From: the human T2T-CHM13v2.0 reference genome, Homo sapiens
Length of the DNA stretch: 64,000 bases
NCBI RefSeq assembly: GCF_009914755.1
Contig: NC_060927.1
Strand: one strand, 5' to 3'
How positions within the stretch are numbered: position 1 is the first letter of the stretch; the number at the start of each line of letters is the position of its first letter. The notes under the pieces were generated by a model. The model was not told where the DNA came from. It did no database searches and saw only the letters and a list, made by a program, of their open reading frames with translations. The position numbers and the translations under genes are program-made. This document shows positions 18,432 to 32,800 of the stretch, piece by piece.

Positions 18432-19040
18432 AGGAGTTCTTTATATATCCTGGATACATGTCCCTTTCTAGGTATGCTTTGCAAACAGTTTCCCATAGTC
18501 CGTAGTTTGTTTTCTTAACTGTGTTTTTCAAAGAGCAAAGGCTTTTAATTTTGATAAAGTATAATTACAATCTTTTCTTTATATAGCTTACGCTCTTTGT
18601 GTTCTATTTAAAAAATTATTGCCTACTTCAATGTTACAAATTTTTTTTCTTGTTTTTCCAAACATTTTATTGTTTTAGCTTTTTCATTAGGATACAGAGT
18701 ATATTTTGAAGTGATTTATGCATATAGTATGAGATAACATATGAGGCTTGTTTTTTTCCCACATAGACATTTGGGTGTTCCATCTCCATTTGTTGAAAGA
18801 CTGTTCTTTCCTCCATTGAATTCTTTTGGCAACTTGACCATATAAGTAACAGTCTATTTATTGATTTTATTCTATACCGCTGATCTCTAGATCTATTAAA
18901 CTAGCTTGATTATAGCAGTATAAGTTATTCAGCTTTCCTTTTACTTAAACAATTTTTATTTTGCCAAGTTCTTTTTCTTTCTGTGTGAATTTTGGAATAG
19001 GCTTGTCAGTTTCTTGAGAAAAGATTGAGACATCTTATTC
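18432..19040 (-). mobile_element. Continuation of the old L1M from 6060-6870
   Basis: aggagttctttatatatcctggata...ccatttgttgaaagactg is L1 ORF2-like and follows on from the 6860 end. Confidence 0.8.
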
Positions 19041-20054
19041 AACATTTTATAGGTCATAAATCTGGTATAATGTATGCCTGGACCTATTGCTGACATCTTG
19101 TAATTATATGGAGGTTAAGAATAAAGCGGACATTGAGTAGTATAGAAATAGGAAGATAAATTGGATTGAAGTGATATCTTTTGAGCCTACAGAATTAAGC
19201 AGCTTCTTGATTTTTAGTTATATGATAAAATAAATTCTATTTTTTTGAATAAACCCCAATCTAACTTCTTTTAATTTTTTTGATCCCTTACAAATAACAG
19301 TTCTAAATTTCACACAATAATTCTAGTTCAGACTTTAAAAAAAAAAAAAAATCTCTTCCAGGGCTGTGGTCCCCCATACAAATCTGTTTTCACAGCCATG
19401 AGCTCAGATAATGTTAATAAGCTTCTCAACATGTGTTTTAAAAATCCCAAATTTTTGATCATGGAATTTAAGACTGTCCATTATTGGGCCTTGTTATAAT
19501 TTTTTAAGTGCATCTTTTATACCGTCTACCTCACCTAATACAATGTTTTGTCGCATCATACTTTCTCATTTTATCTCTAACGCACCCTGTAAAAGCTCTC
19601 CTCTGAAACTCTTTTTTAAAATTTTTGCTACTGCTTCAAAATTTGGGAGCTTATTCCATCTGTCTTTGACAGTTGAAATCTTAGATGTACTACATGTTCA
19701 TAATCCCCACATGTTTTACTAGATCTCACAATTAGAATGAGTCCTTCCCTCGTCCATCCTCGAGGTGACTAGGGGACTTTCTGCCTCTGTGATAACAGTT
19801 ATCGTAAATTGTGGGCCTATTCCTGTAACTATAGAAGTTCTTTAATTCAGGACTTTATAAAGATGGCAAGAAGGTAACACAAAATGAATTTTCACCATGT
19901 TGTTTTGTGCACATCTCTCTGTCCCTCTAGAATGTGAAATTTCTAAAGAACAAGGACCACCTTTGTGTCCTCCAAAGCACCTGGAAAAATGCCTTATGCA
20001 AAGTATTTGTTAAATCAATTCTAAAATGAAACTAATAGCAGAGTCTTCTTAATT

Positions 20055-20180
20055 TTTAAAATTTTATTGTAAACTGAAAATTTATAGTTGTATATTTTTG
20101 TGGTAGAAAGTGATGTTAACATTTATGAAAACAGTGTGAAATAATTAAATTAAGCTAATTAACATACCCAACACCTCAAT
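20055..20180 (-). mobile_element. L1MA 3' end fragment
   Basis: aattaaattaagctaattaacatacccaacacctca. Confidence 0.7.
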
Positions 20181-20539
20181 AACAACAGCAATAACCACTT
20201 TGAAGCTTTAAATACGACTGATACTTGTAGCCCTGTTTCTTTGTAGTTCCCATGAAATTAGGAATTTGGGGGTCTATTTTAGATACTATAGGCCTGTTAG
20301 TTTTGAAGGGAAACTTTGTTGCTATTTCTGGTCTTTTTTTTCTAAAGCATATATGTTATTTATGGTTTCACTCTTTTAGGATCATATGGACTGACATTCT
20401 AATGAAACCAAAGGTACTTAAACTGTAAGCAATTCACATTATTTATATATAAGTTTAGACATATTAATACACTTCTATACATTCATTAACAAACATATGT
20501 TTTCAGAATAAGATTACACAAGTAGAAAATCCTGTTTGA

Positions 20540-22161
20540 TTACTTTAAACTTCATGTGGAACCAAAAAAGAGCCCGCATAACCAAGACATTCCTGGGCAA
20601 GAAGAATTGAGGCATCACACTACCTGACTTCAAATTATACTACGAGGCTACACTAACCAAAACAGCATGGTACTTGTACCAAAACAGATATATAGACCAA
20701 TAGAAGAGAACAGAGGCCTCAGAAATAACAGTACACATCTACAACAATCTGATCTTTGACAAACTCGACACAAACAAGCAATGGGGAAAAGATTCCCTAT
20801 CTAATAAATGATGTTGGGAAACCTGGCTAGCCATATGCAGAAAACTGAAACTGGACCCCCTCCTTACACCTTATATAAAAATCAACTCAAGATGGATCAA
20901 ATACTTAAATGTAAGACCTAGTACCATAAAAATCCTAGAAGAAAGCACAGGCAATACCATTCAGGACATAGGCATGGGCAAAGACTTCATGTCTAAAACA
21001 CCAAAAGCAATGGCAACAAAAGCCAAAATTGACGAACGGGATCTAATTAAACTAAAGAGCTTCTGCACAGCAAAAGAAACCATCATCAGAGTGAACAGGC
21101 AACCTACAGAATGGGAGAAAATTTTTGCAATCTATCCATCTGACAAAGGGCTAATATCCAGAATCTACAAGAACTTAAACAAAATTATAAGAACTTAAAC
21201 AAATTTACAAGAATCTACAAGAACTTAAACAAATTTAAGTAAACTTAAACAAATTTACAAATCTACAAGAACTTAAACAAATTTATAACCCCATAAAAAG
21301 TGGGCAAAGGATTTGAACAGACACTTCTCAAAAGAAGACATGCGGCCAACAGACGTGAAAAAATGTCTTCAAAAGAAGACATTTATGCAGCCAACAGACG
21401 TGTGAAAAAATGCTCCTCATCACTGGTCATCAGAGAAATGCAAATCAAAACCACAATGAGATATCATCTCATGCCAGTTAGAATGGCAATCATTAAAAGT
21501 CAGGAAACAACAGATGCTGGAGAGGTTGTGGAAAAATAGGAACGCTTTTACACTGTTGGTGAGAGTGTAAATTAGTTCAACCATTGTGGAAGACAGTGTG
21601 GTGATTCCTCAAGGATCTGTAAGTAGAACAGATTTGACCCAGCAATCCCATTACTGCGTATATACCCAAAGGATTATAAATCATTCTACTATAAAGACAC
21701 CTGCACAAATATGTTTATTGCAGCACTATTCACAATAGCAAAGACTTGGAACCAACCCAAATGTCCATCAATAATAGACTGGATAAAGAAAATGTGGCAC
21801 ATATATACTATGGAATACTATGCAGCCATAAAAAAGGATGAGTTCATGTCCTTTGCAGGGACATGGATGAAGTTGGAAACCATCATTCTCAGCAAACTAA
21901 CACAGGAACAGAAAAAGAAACACCACATGTTCTCATTTATAAGTGGGAGTTGAACACATCGACATAGGGAGGGGAACATCACACACCAGGGCCTGTCGGG
22001 GCATAGGGGGCTAGGGGAGGGATAACATTAGGAGATATACCTAATGTAGGTGATGGGTTGATGGGTGCAACAAACCACCATGGCATCTGTATACCTTTGT
22101 AACAAAACTGCACGTTCTGCACATGTACCCCAGAACTTAAAAGTATAATTAAAAAAAAAAA
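20540..22161 (+). mobile_element. 5'-truncated L1PA (L1PA7-like)
   Basis: ORF2 3' part, 3' UTR and poly-A; 16-bp TSD agaaaatcctgtttga (20524-20539) / agaaaatactgtttga (22162-22177). Confidence 0.95.
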
Positions 22162-22591
22162 AGAAAATACTGTTTGAAAATTTACTGTATGTTATACCCA
22201 GACCAGGAGTTTTTTAATCAATTTTGAAAGATTTTTCACTTCTTCATTTTAGTGTAAGAAGTTGGATGGCAATGACCAGTAAAGGTCTACTTAGTCCATA
22301 CATAGCCATGGGCCTATTCCTATAAGTATAGAAGATTTTTATTTCATAACTTTATAAAGATGGCAAGGAGGTAAAATAAAATGAATTTATACCATGTACT
22401 GAGACTACAGAAGATATGATACATAGAGTTTACTTAATAAGCACTAACATATAAATGTAACCTGCACAAACTCTATAGTATAGTTTTTCTATTTTATTTC
22501 TAATACTCTATTAAAGAAGAGGTGACTATTCTAAGTCTGCTGTGGCCAAGGTAAGGGTGTATGCGTCCTGTTTCTTTTATTGTCATTGAAA

Positions 22592-22794
22592 TTGTGGCAT
22601 GCCAGAACTGGCTTGTGTAGCCCCCGAGGAACAAATGTTAAATGTTCAGGAATTTTGCATGTCAGTTGTTAAAACATTGGTAGCTTGAAGTTGGCCCTAG
22701 TGTAGGTATTCACACAATGGATGTTGGCAATGCTACAAATTAGAGGTCCTGTATACCCTTTCACCCGGGAAACTGGTTTATCCATATTCCACTG
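22592..22794 (+). mobile_element. MER63-like hAT DNA transposon
   Basis: tgttaaatgttcaggaattttgc...ttggtagcttgaa...ccactg; related copy at 35530. Confidence 0.6.
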
Positions 22795-23744
22795 ATCGTA
22801 ATAGTTATGGGTACTCTTATGTTTGTTTCATGCTGTTCTTGTTCCAGACTAGTCTAAGCAGTGGCTTACCTTGAAGATCTTGCCGTTTTTCAGTGTAATT
22901 ATCCTCTTGGGTACAGGGTTTCCCAAAATGCTGGGTGTCCAAGAAGACCCCTCTTGCTTATGTGTGACCTTGGGAAGTTGTTAAGTTGCTACCCAATTGG
23001 TATTAAGCAAAGTCTGGCAGATCTGATGTGCTTTGTTACTGCAGCTTAGTCAACCAAGGAAATGTTAGTCCGAACAGCAGCATCTAACTGAAGCTGAATC
23101 AAACTAAGTTTTCTGAGGCTTTGGCAAAAGAGCAGTTTTTCTGACTGTGGTCCTTACCAGGTCTCTTGTTATAAATTAATGATTTATATTCTTTATTTGA
23201 CCTACCTTGCCTCCATCCTCATCCAAACTTTTTTCTCTTCTTACAGCTTTAAATGAAGAAATGAAATGTTCTTTTCTTGTATTTGTAGTTGAACAGTTCA
23301 TAATGTCATTGAATGTCATTTCTAATATTTAGCTCTTTCCCAATGCAGTTTGCTGAATGTTCCTTATCTGAGAATTATCTCTCTAAACCTGCAACACAGA
23401 TTTCAAGTCTCAGCTTTCCGAATATCTTACCCATCAGTGTTTAGCCACTACTCCACTAAAACTTACTGACAGTGAGATAATAGCACATGGGGAAATTGGA
23501 ACTGGGAGTCTGGAATAGTTAGGTCCTCTGGTCTTCACCATGGGCCAGGGTCCTCCCGCCACCTCAGCCTCTGGGGTCAGAAAGAGCTGTCAGAGAGAAC
23601 ACTTGTTCTTAGTTATGGGGAGGCGTGAGAGAGTTTCTACCCTTCAAAAGCACTCTGACCTGAATCCTCAACCCTAGCCATACTGTGGTAGAGAGCTTGG
23701 CTCACTCTGCTGCCCTGGGTTTGGGTGAAATGGTCCATTTAATT

Positions 23745-24224
23745 CAGCAGTCCCCAACCTTTTTGCCACCAGGGACTGGTTTCCTGGAAGACAGTTTTTT
23801 CACGGACTGGATTGGGGGATGGTTTTGGGATGATTCAAGTGCATTATGTTTATTGTGCACTTTATTTATATTATTAATTCATTGTAATATATAATGAAAT
23901 AATTATACAACTCACCATCATGTAGAATCAGTGGGAGCCTTTAGATCATTTTCTTGCAACTAGATGGTCCTATCTAGAAGTGACAGGAGACAGTGACAGA
24001 TCCTCAGGCATTAGATTCTCACAAGGAGCATACAACCTAGATCCCTCACATGCACAGTTTACAATAGGGTTCATGGCTCCTAGGAGAATCTAATGCTGCT
24101 GCCTCTGATAGGAGGCAGAGCTCAGGCGGTAATGCAAGTGATGGGGAGCAGCTGTAAATACAGATGAAGCTTTGCTTGCTCGCCCGCTGCTCACCTCCAT
24201 GGCCTGGGGGGTTGGGGACCCCTG
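23745..24224 (+). mobile_element. MER1A-like hAT-Charlie element
   Basis: Terminal inverted repeats cagcagtccccaacc...ggttggggacccctg; 8-bp TSD atttaatt / gtttaatt. Confidence 0.9.
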
Positions 24225-27200
24225 GTTTAATTGATGTTTACATCATACTCCTACTTTTAGGGAATTGGGTAACCTGTGTCTTCCTTCTTGCCCAGCATGG
24301 GGGTCTGAGACAGGGAGGTCACATATTTGGAGGGCATTGATTATCTCTCTGGGCAGTACTGAGTTACTTGTTACCCCTGTTAAAGAGAGAGAATTTACCC
24401 CTATTAACAAGTTAGTCTTGTTACCCCTATTAAAGAGAGAGAATCTTCATCTATTTGCTTTTCTACCGGAAGGATAGATATATCATGTTCTGAGATTTTA
24501 TAAAGCTGTACACATCTATGAAGTCTGAGAATAACACGGAAAGTTATTGGAGAGAACATAACAGACAGTGAGCTCTGCCTTCCTTCCCCAGTTTTGCTTA
24601 TTGTTTCTTGGACATTCCCCTCCTTCAATATCATTTTGCATTTATTGGTATATATGGGAGCTTTCGTTTTAAAACTAGAAGAAGAGGAAGAAATTTGGAT
24701 GGGATGGAGAAAGTAGATAGAATGGATAAAAAATGGAGAGAATGATATTTTGTCTGATATTGTCTGAACCTCTATAATGGGTATGAACTTCTCTAGTTAA
24801 CATATGAGAACAGGAAATTGATGGATCTTTATTTCATGAGAGGCTTAGACTAAATCTTGCAAAGACAGTTGCTGACAAAGACAAACTCTTTCTTACAGCC
24901 TTAGAGAGACTCTGGACTGTTGAGAGGGCAGCAAATCATAAGGACCTATTAGAGATAATTTATCGGGCTGCATGATATTAAGGAGGTCACGTGAAAATGG
25001 CTTCAGCGTGGTGTAGAGGATGTACCATATATCAGGAGACATGAATCCTGAACCCATACATACTCATATTTTTAAGTTGCAATTCAGAAAACTTAAGTTT
25101 CTGAATGAGAAACCTGTACTTTCCTTTTTCTCACCTTCCTACTCAGCTTTTCTCAGCCCTCAGGGTCTACTTAAAAGGCCTAGTGACTACAGTGGTTAAT
25201 CCTACAAAATGTTTTTTTTAATAGAAAAAGGTGTTTATGAAAAAAAATCAATTATGCTATTTAAAACTTAATTATGCTCAGTACAGATATATTTTTTAAT
25301 CTAAAAGGAGTGAAATTTTCCAATTTGAAGTGCTTATATGTTTGGGAATATGGGTGAAAACATACTGATTAAGATAAATGAATCCAAGATTCATACCCTT
25401 TTCTTGCAGTATTCATACTGACTTCTTGGGTAGAGCTCTATTTCTTGGTTCTTTACTCCCAGAAAACAGAAGGACATTTTAAAGAACATTATTATAGGGC
25501 AGAAGCCCTTTTTTCTTCTATAGCTAGAGGGGTTATATTGTAAATTAAAATGGATCTCTTTTTAGTAGATTTTACATGCTGTTATCATCCTTTACAAACT
25601 CAGCACCTGGAGACACATGTACAAATATATTAAATTAGAAGATTATCACTTTAATAAAAAGTTTCCACGAAGTTATTTATAGTGGCTGCTGTGGTATATC
25701 ACCCAGAACCTTCTTCAGAGATCATTTCCCCAACTGTCAAAAGAGTTGTCAGGGACTGCTTGTAACTAATTCCATCCCCAAGGAGTGCTCTCAGCCAAAA
25801 GGATTTGCCTCCCCCAGGTTTATGCTCTCTTCCTTGGTGTAGCTCATGTATATTTACAGACTCATGTAGGTAATCAAACGCTTGGTTCCCTTGTGTTGTC
25901 TGGGGACAACTAAGAACCACTGCAGTTTTCGTAGTCTCCATGGAATTGGCTAAGCCTTTTGTTAAAACAGCTTTGCAGTTCTGTTTCTTTCTCTCTTCAT
26001 TCCTATTACCGCACTCCTGTCCAGGTGTTAATCCCAAGCATATTAAAATTCTTTCATTCAAATCTGTGTTTAAGATTCTGCTCACGGGAAATGAAACCTG
26101 ATCTAAGATAGTTGGTACAAGGAATTGTTTGGCCCAAGGAAACAGATCCTAAAAGAGATTTGGGAGCTTGGTCATCTCTGGCCCATTATGGGTGGTAGAT
26201 GAAGTGCTGACATTCCCTGGTGTACTGTAGCAGGGCAGTTGTTAAAATGTTCACTAGTGGTAACTAGGATAACACATCAGTAAAAGGGAATGCCCTGATG
26301 AATGCAATAACTCAGATATTTGAGAGGCTCAGAAAAAGCCAGTAAATATAGGACAATGAAATTGGATGGCGGCTGCTGCTGAATGCTATCAATTTACTAG
26401 AGAAAGACAAAGAAAGGCTGATGTGATTAATCACGAGGTTAAAGCAAAATGTGAAAGCCAGAATATTCTCCTTGGCTGAATTAGAAGAGACTCTCATTTC
26501 TTAGAGTCAAATATAAAAAGCTGAGGGTCAGACCCAGGACTTAATTTAAAAGATAGAGAAGACTCTAGAGAAGATTGAATTATCGACCTCAGCAAATCTG
26601 CTATGCCAGAGTCAGGGTCCTGATTGAGAAGGGGTGCAGCCCGAAGGCTTGAGATGAGGAAAACTGGGTCAAAGCACTTGAAAAATTTTAATCTATATAT
26701 TCCTCTGTATTATTAATGTATTCAAAAGTAGTCTACTCTTTCGTACTAAAGGTCAGTCCTTCCCCTTTCTTTGCAAACAATGCAGGCCTCTGTCTCATAA
26801 GACAATACACAACCCGGTCACTTAGGAGCCACTCTGCCTCCAGTCCTGATCAAAGACTTACAAGGGATAAGTTGCCATATAATCTAGCCACATATGTGCT
26901 GGGCCTACAAAGGGAGAAAAAGGACATCATGCTGAAGGAACTACATGACTTAGCTAACAGGTACTGGCAGGAACCATGTATGTATGTATGGTTCATGGCA
27001 AGCATTCTTTCATGATATGGGTAATATGCCCTGCAAGGATGACAGAGGATAGAACTAACATACTGCTAGGTGGGCTCTTGAAAGTTGAAAGTAAGTGATG
27101 GCTTTCACTAAGTGAGATACAAATGCCAAAACTAAGATGGCAGAGAGTGGAAGAAAGGATCAAAATACTCAAAGAAGTTGGCCTACAAGAGTTGATAGAA

Positions 27201-28354
27201 CACATAGGGCTTGAAAACTTACCTGTGAGTATATTCTGCAAGGGTCTGGATGGAAAACATTTTGTTGTCCACAGCAGTAAGGTGAGAAGGACACATATGA
27301 TTGTGAAGGTCAGCGGTGACTATACTCTGAGGATCAGGACCGATGGTAGAAGATATTGTTATATAATACAGAAAAGATGGCAGATTAGACATTGACATCC
27401 AGGACCTGAAGCATCCCTTATAAAATGGGAAATATAGAATCCTGAAATAGGTGGCAGTGCAGCAAGGTCACAGGAGCAGCCAGGGAGAGCTGACTCTCAG
27501 AGATATGTTGATATTTAATAGAACATGGCAGGCCTAGGGGAAAAAAAAAAAGCTGGACAGCTGACAAGGATATTGCTCATTTGTAAAAATCAAAGGAAGT
27601 CAAGGAGGGATTATCAGAAGGTCGAGGTTTGCTATCTCCCATGAAATATTACAGTTGTATTCCCCAGTTTCATGATCTGAGCCAGTTTTCAGTTCCAGAC
27701 CCCACTGACTAAAAAGACTGGTTCCCCAGGAGGGAGGACTTTGCAAAACAAGAGCAAGCATATTGTGATATAACAATTCCCAGTTCTTATTCAAACAGAC
27801 TTATATCATTTATCGTGAATAAACATAAACTGAGGAAAGGGGAATAGTTAGATATTTACAAAACAGTAGGGCATTGGAGGTTCAGATGATGTTATTACAC
27901 AGGTACCTGCAATTTCACCATGTTCCCCCAGTTAAGCAGGAGCATATAGAGGCAGGTAATAAATGGATTCCTGTGTACGTTGATTACATGAACCCATTAG
28001 ACATTTCTCTCATCACCAAATGCTTACTTACAATGCAAAGACTACATTTAATTCCACTGGCCTGTGGAATAAGAGCTATTGGAATGGAAAACATTAAGTA
28101 GAAGCCTCTGAAACTGTTTCTGAACCTGGCCAAGACAGTAAACCAAGAAAATTTTGCATAAAATTTGCTTAAAGTCAAAAAAGATGCAGGAATGATGGTT
28201 CTCATCATACCCCCAATTTAATTTGGTAGCCTTGCTTCAGCAACAGAAAATTCAGATGAATTCTGGAGGATGACAGTGGCCTACTACAAACTCAACCAAG
28301 TAGTAGCCCCAATTGTAGGAGCTATGCCAGATGTAATAAAATTTTAAAGGAAGA

Positions 28355-28596
28355 CAGAATCAGAAGTAGCACCATGCCAAGCTAAAATGAAGCATGGGAA
28401 AAAATAAAAACTTAATGCCAATATTGTCCTTCTTAACAATTTTAATATTTTGCTCATCATGGATTTTTTGTCCTAATTTAACTTTTAAAAATATTTACCT
28501 TGTAATATTTATCTTGATTACTGAGTTTTTGATGTTCCCTCAAATCTTTGTATCTGACGCAAGTGTCTTACTGACCTCATATTAGTCCTGGCTCTG
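28355..28596. mobile_element. MER96B-like hAT MITE inserted in the ERV pol region
   Basis: atatttatcttgattactgagtttttg...tagtcctggctctg; interrupts the RT remnant. Confidence 0.65.
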
Positions 28597-31026
28597 TATA
28601 TCATGGTCTCAGGAACTTGGTAAACAGCCAGTGTTCTGTCGAATGCATTATTTCCCATCACTAAAAATATGGATAACCAGAAAAAGTGAATATTCACATG
28701 TGATGGACACAAATATACATTTGCAGTGCTATCCTAGGGATATAATTCTTCTACCCTATGTCATACATGTAGTCTACAGTAAACTAAACTATTTGAACAT
28801 ATAATATTACATTGGTCTACTATTTTAATGGCATTGTATTGAGTGGACTAGATGAGGTAGAAACATGTATGTTGGTGGCCTTGTTAAGACACATGTAGTC
28901 CAGAGGATGGGAAATTATGGCATTCCCTATAAACTCTATGAAGCTTCACGGACATGCTACATCAATAAGCTGTGTGGTCTAGTATATGCCAGATCATCTC
29001 CACAGTAAAGGACAGTTTGTGTGTCTTTCATCTCCCACCACTAAGAAGGAAACATGATTCCTGGTAAACAAGTAACATGGAAAACCAACATCTTTGAGTT
29101 GGACACAGAATAAGAAGGGACTCTTCAGAAGGTTCTGGTTTTGACACAGTAGCTGTGCCACATAGACCTCTTGTTTGAAGACAACAAAGCAGACTGTATA
29201 ATATTAGAGATGTCGGCGGTAGGCAAAAATCACCATGGGGAGTTATGGCATGACCCAAATGGTGAATTGTAATGTGGACTCTTTAGTGTTCTGGAGCAAG
29301 GCTATGCCATCTGCAATGAAAAATCATGTTCTATTAGACAAGCAGCCATGGCATGCTAGGGGTCTTGATAGAGACAGGCCACCTAAATGGACATCGAGTA
29401 ACCATGCAGAGCTGGATTCTGCCAAACTAATGTAGTCATAGGTTGCTGAGGCCCAGTAGCAATTAATCATGCCAGCATCAGGCATGAACAGGGCCAGAGG
29501 GCACAACTAAGAAACACAAGCAGGTGGCTCAGACTCCATGTCATCTACCATTGTCGCCTTGGCACATCTCACTTAGCACTTAACATTCACCTGCTGTGTA
29601 TGGGGAATTTGTTATGAATAGCTGATGGAGGAAGAAAAAGGCTAAGCTTAAGTTATAGATGGATTGGCTTAGTATGCCAGACAGACATAAATGTACTGTG
29701 CTACAGATCAACACATGGGGTGGGCCTGAAGAGAGAGGTGAGGAGAAATCTTCCCAATGGGTATAACTTTGAGGAGTACATATGTGGGAGAAAAGTGGCC
29801 TGAGGTTAGAATATATATGGGCTCACGAACAGTGATGGATGAGTCAGACAATTAATCAGGAGTTTGGAAGGAGAATGATTTTAGGATTGGAAAAAATATT
29901 TTTGAGGACAAGGTATATAGATGGACATATAGGAGTGGGCACGAAGTGCAAAACAACAAACAAAGCAAAATGTGTAATGCGTGATAATTCTCCCCATGGA
30001 TGATCCATCACATAAGAAGCACTAAGCAATCAAGAATACAAGCTGGTTGGGATCATCCAGGCTCTGTCATCAGTCACCCAGTTTTGGTAAAATGGAACCA
30101 TAAATGGAATAACCATGGGTGGCAGATATATTGTTCATGAATGGGATCAATAGGATGGGTTCCTATTCAGTAACTGATCTAGTTACTGCTGCTCCCAAAT
30201 GTACAAGCTGACAGCAACAGTGCACAATGCAGAGACCTTTCCTCAAGGGGCCCAGCAAGCTATTTGGTGGGAAAGTGATTCCATCAAATCCTTAATATGC
30301 TAGAAAGGGGAGCAATTTATCTTGACTTCTGTTGACACATACTCCATATTTGTGGATTTATGTTGTCTACAGGACCATATTCACCCCCACTATTCAAGGG
30401 CTTATAGATTATTTGTTTCACCAACAGAGAATTCTCTATAACATTGTTTTGAATCAAGGGACACACTTTATGGCACACAGAGTGTGACTGTTGACATATA
30501 TCTACTTGGTCATTGGTCTTATAAACTGTACCACGCAAACTTTTGCAGCCTGGCTGCTTATTCAAAAAGGATTCATGCATCTCAGAATCAAGGAATGGTA
30601 TCATTTAACCTTATCCCAATAACCCAGTTGAGGAATTTGTGTTTCTCATCCCCACAACTTTTGACTTTGTGGGTCTAGAGGTCCAGATTCTCAATGGGAG
30701 AATCCTTCCACTAGGCTGTGCGGCAAGTGTCCCATTATACTTTAAGCTGTGGCTGCTGCCTGCTGGTTTTGGAGTTCTTTTACCAAGAGACTAGCAAGCG
30801 TGAAAAGAGATACTCCCCTGGTAGGGAAGTTGATGTACATCACCAAGGAGACGTAAAGTTGGTGGCTATACAATGGGTGCAGTAGAGATGGATGTATTTC
30901 AGATCCAGGAGATACAGTAGTTAATCTCTTGGTAATCTCTTGTCCAATTGTGAGAACAAATGGACAACTGCGTCAGCCACTGTCTGAGCAAGCAAAGGAC
31001 TAGAGACTTTTTCACCTCAGGGATGA

Positions 31027-31346
<320 letters not shown>

Positions 31347-32619
31347 TAAGCCATTTTTGTCAGCAGAAATGAATCTGGAATGAGTAGTAAAGGAGGAAAA
31401 TAATATCAGCTGCGGCCTCCTGACTAGCTATAGCAGCAGAAGCTGTTTTGTTAGAAAAAGAAACAAGCTTGAAACCTGGAGGAGCTGTTCTCGGATGAAG
31501 TGAATTTATTACCTTAAGTAAGTAGATCCAAATGGCACAAAGAGTGGACAGTAGTGAACCCTGTGTTGCGTTGCCAAATTCTTCTTTAGGACTGAAACTT
31601 TTATTACCCCAGCTGCCAGGAAGCTTGGCTGCTGAAGACCCACAGATGAATCTTTCCCCAAAACGTGCCCTCAGTTTGAGTCCACTGATTGGTTGATGTG
31701 GCAGTAAAGAGCCTAGTGTCCTTGCTTTAACTGGGGACAACTCTGAAGGGGCACCAAAGCTCCCTAGCACCCCATTGGATTGGCTGAGTGTTTGCTGCAA
31801 CTGCCACTGCTTCCTATGCCCAACCTGAGTCCCCTCAAACACTGACAGATGTTGTTCTGGGAGCACCCCCCAATACACTTCCTGCATGCAGATCTCAGAT
31901 GCTCAGTCTATTGTCTGGAGAAGCTGACCTAGACAGGATTCCTTCAAATCACCAGGATTCATTTAATGTAAATAACTTTAAAGGAGTTTTGCACCAAAAT
32001 TTTAAAAAGTAAATCTGTTGCATAAACATATTTTTCTCCTTGTTCATTTTCTTATTTTAGTTGCTTCTTCATTACTTTTAATTTGTGTTTCTCTTTATTT
32101 TGCTTTTTCCAACTTCAGTTAATATCATGGAAAAAATAAAGGTTAGGAAGATTGGTTTTTTTCTTGGCCTTACTACTAACCAATCCTCTGAACTTGGATG
32201 AATTAAGTTTTTCTGGGTAAGAGTTGATTCATTTGTTAATTGAGGGGATTATACCAGGCGATTGATCTTGAAAACATCTTGCAACTGTGAAAGTTAAATA
32301 TTTTCCTTTCATCAAGCTTTCGTATTTGAAATCACATTGCAATTTGGGTTATAGAATTGCTGAAAGTGAGGGAAAACTAATGAAGAAATGTTTAAATCTT
32401 ATAGGATAAGGTCCTAGTCATCCTAAAAATAGGTGCAAGTTTCATGAACATGGTTTGATAATGCTGAGATGATGCTAATGAGACAAAGAGAAGCTTCCCC
32501 ATGGCAGATGACTTGCAACAAACAGACCATGTAACACCGATGCAAATAATTCATTACATTCTTCAAGCATCTGCAGGATTTGTGACTTAAGAATTTGTAG
32601 ACATGATTGAATTCATGAT

Positions 32620-32800
32620 TCCTTCATTCAGCAATTATTCATTGAGTGCCTATTTTGTGCCCAGACTATACTAGGCCCTGGGGATACAGAGATTAATAAG
32701 ATAAGATCCCAGTTCTTGAACAGCTCAGTCTAGTGGGAAAAGCAGGCATATACACAAATATTACAGTGCATAAGATCTGCTATAATAGAGGATAAGCAGA
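32620..32800 (-). mobile_element. L2 3' end
   Basis: ttcattcagcaattattcattgagtgcctattttgtgcccagactatactaggccctggggataca. Confidence 0.8.

Noticed and set aside
21161-21290. Repeat-spacer-like pattern resembling a CRISPR array
   Set aside because: The units and linkers are all L1-derived duplications in a primate genome, with no unique spacers or cas genes.
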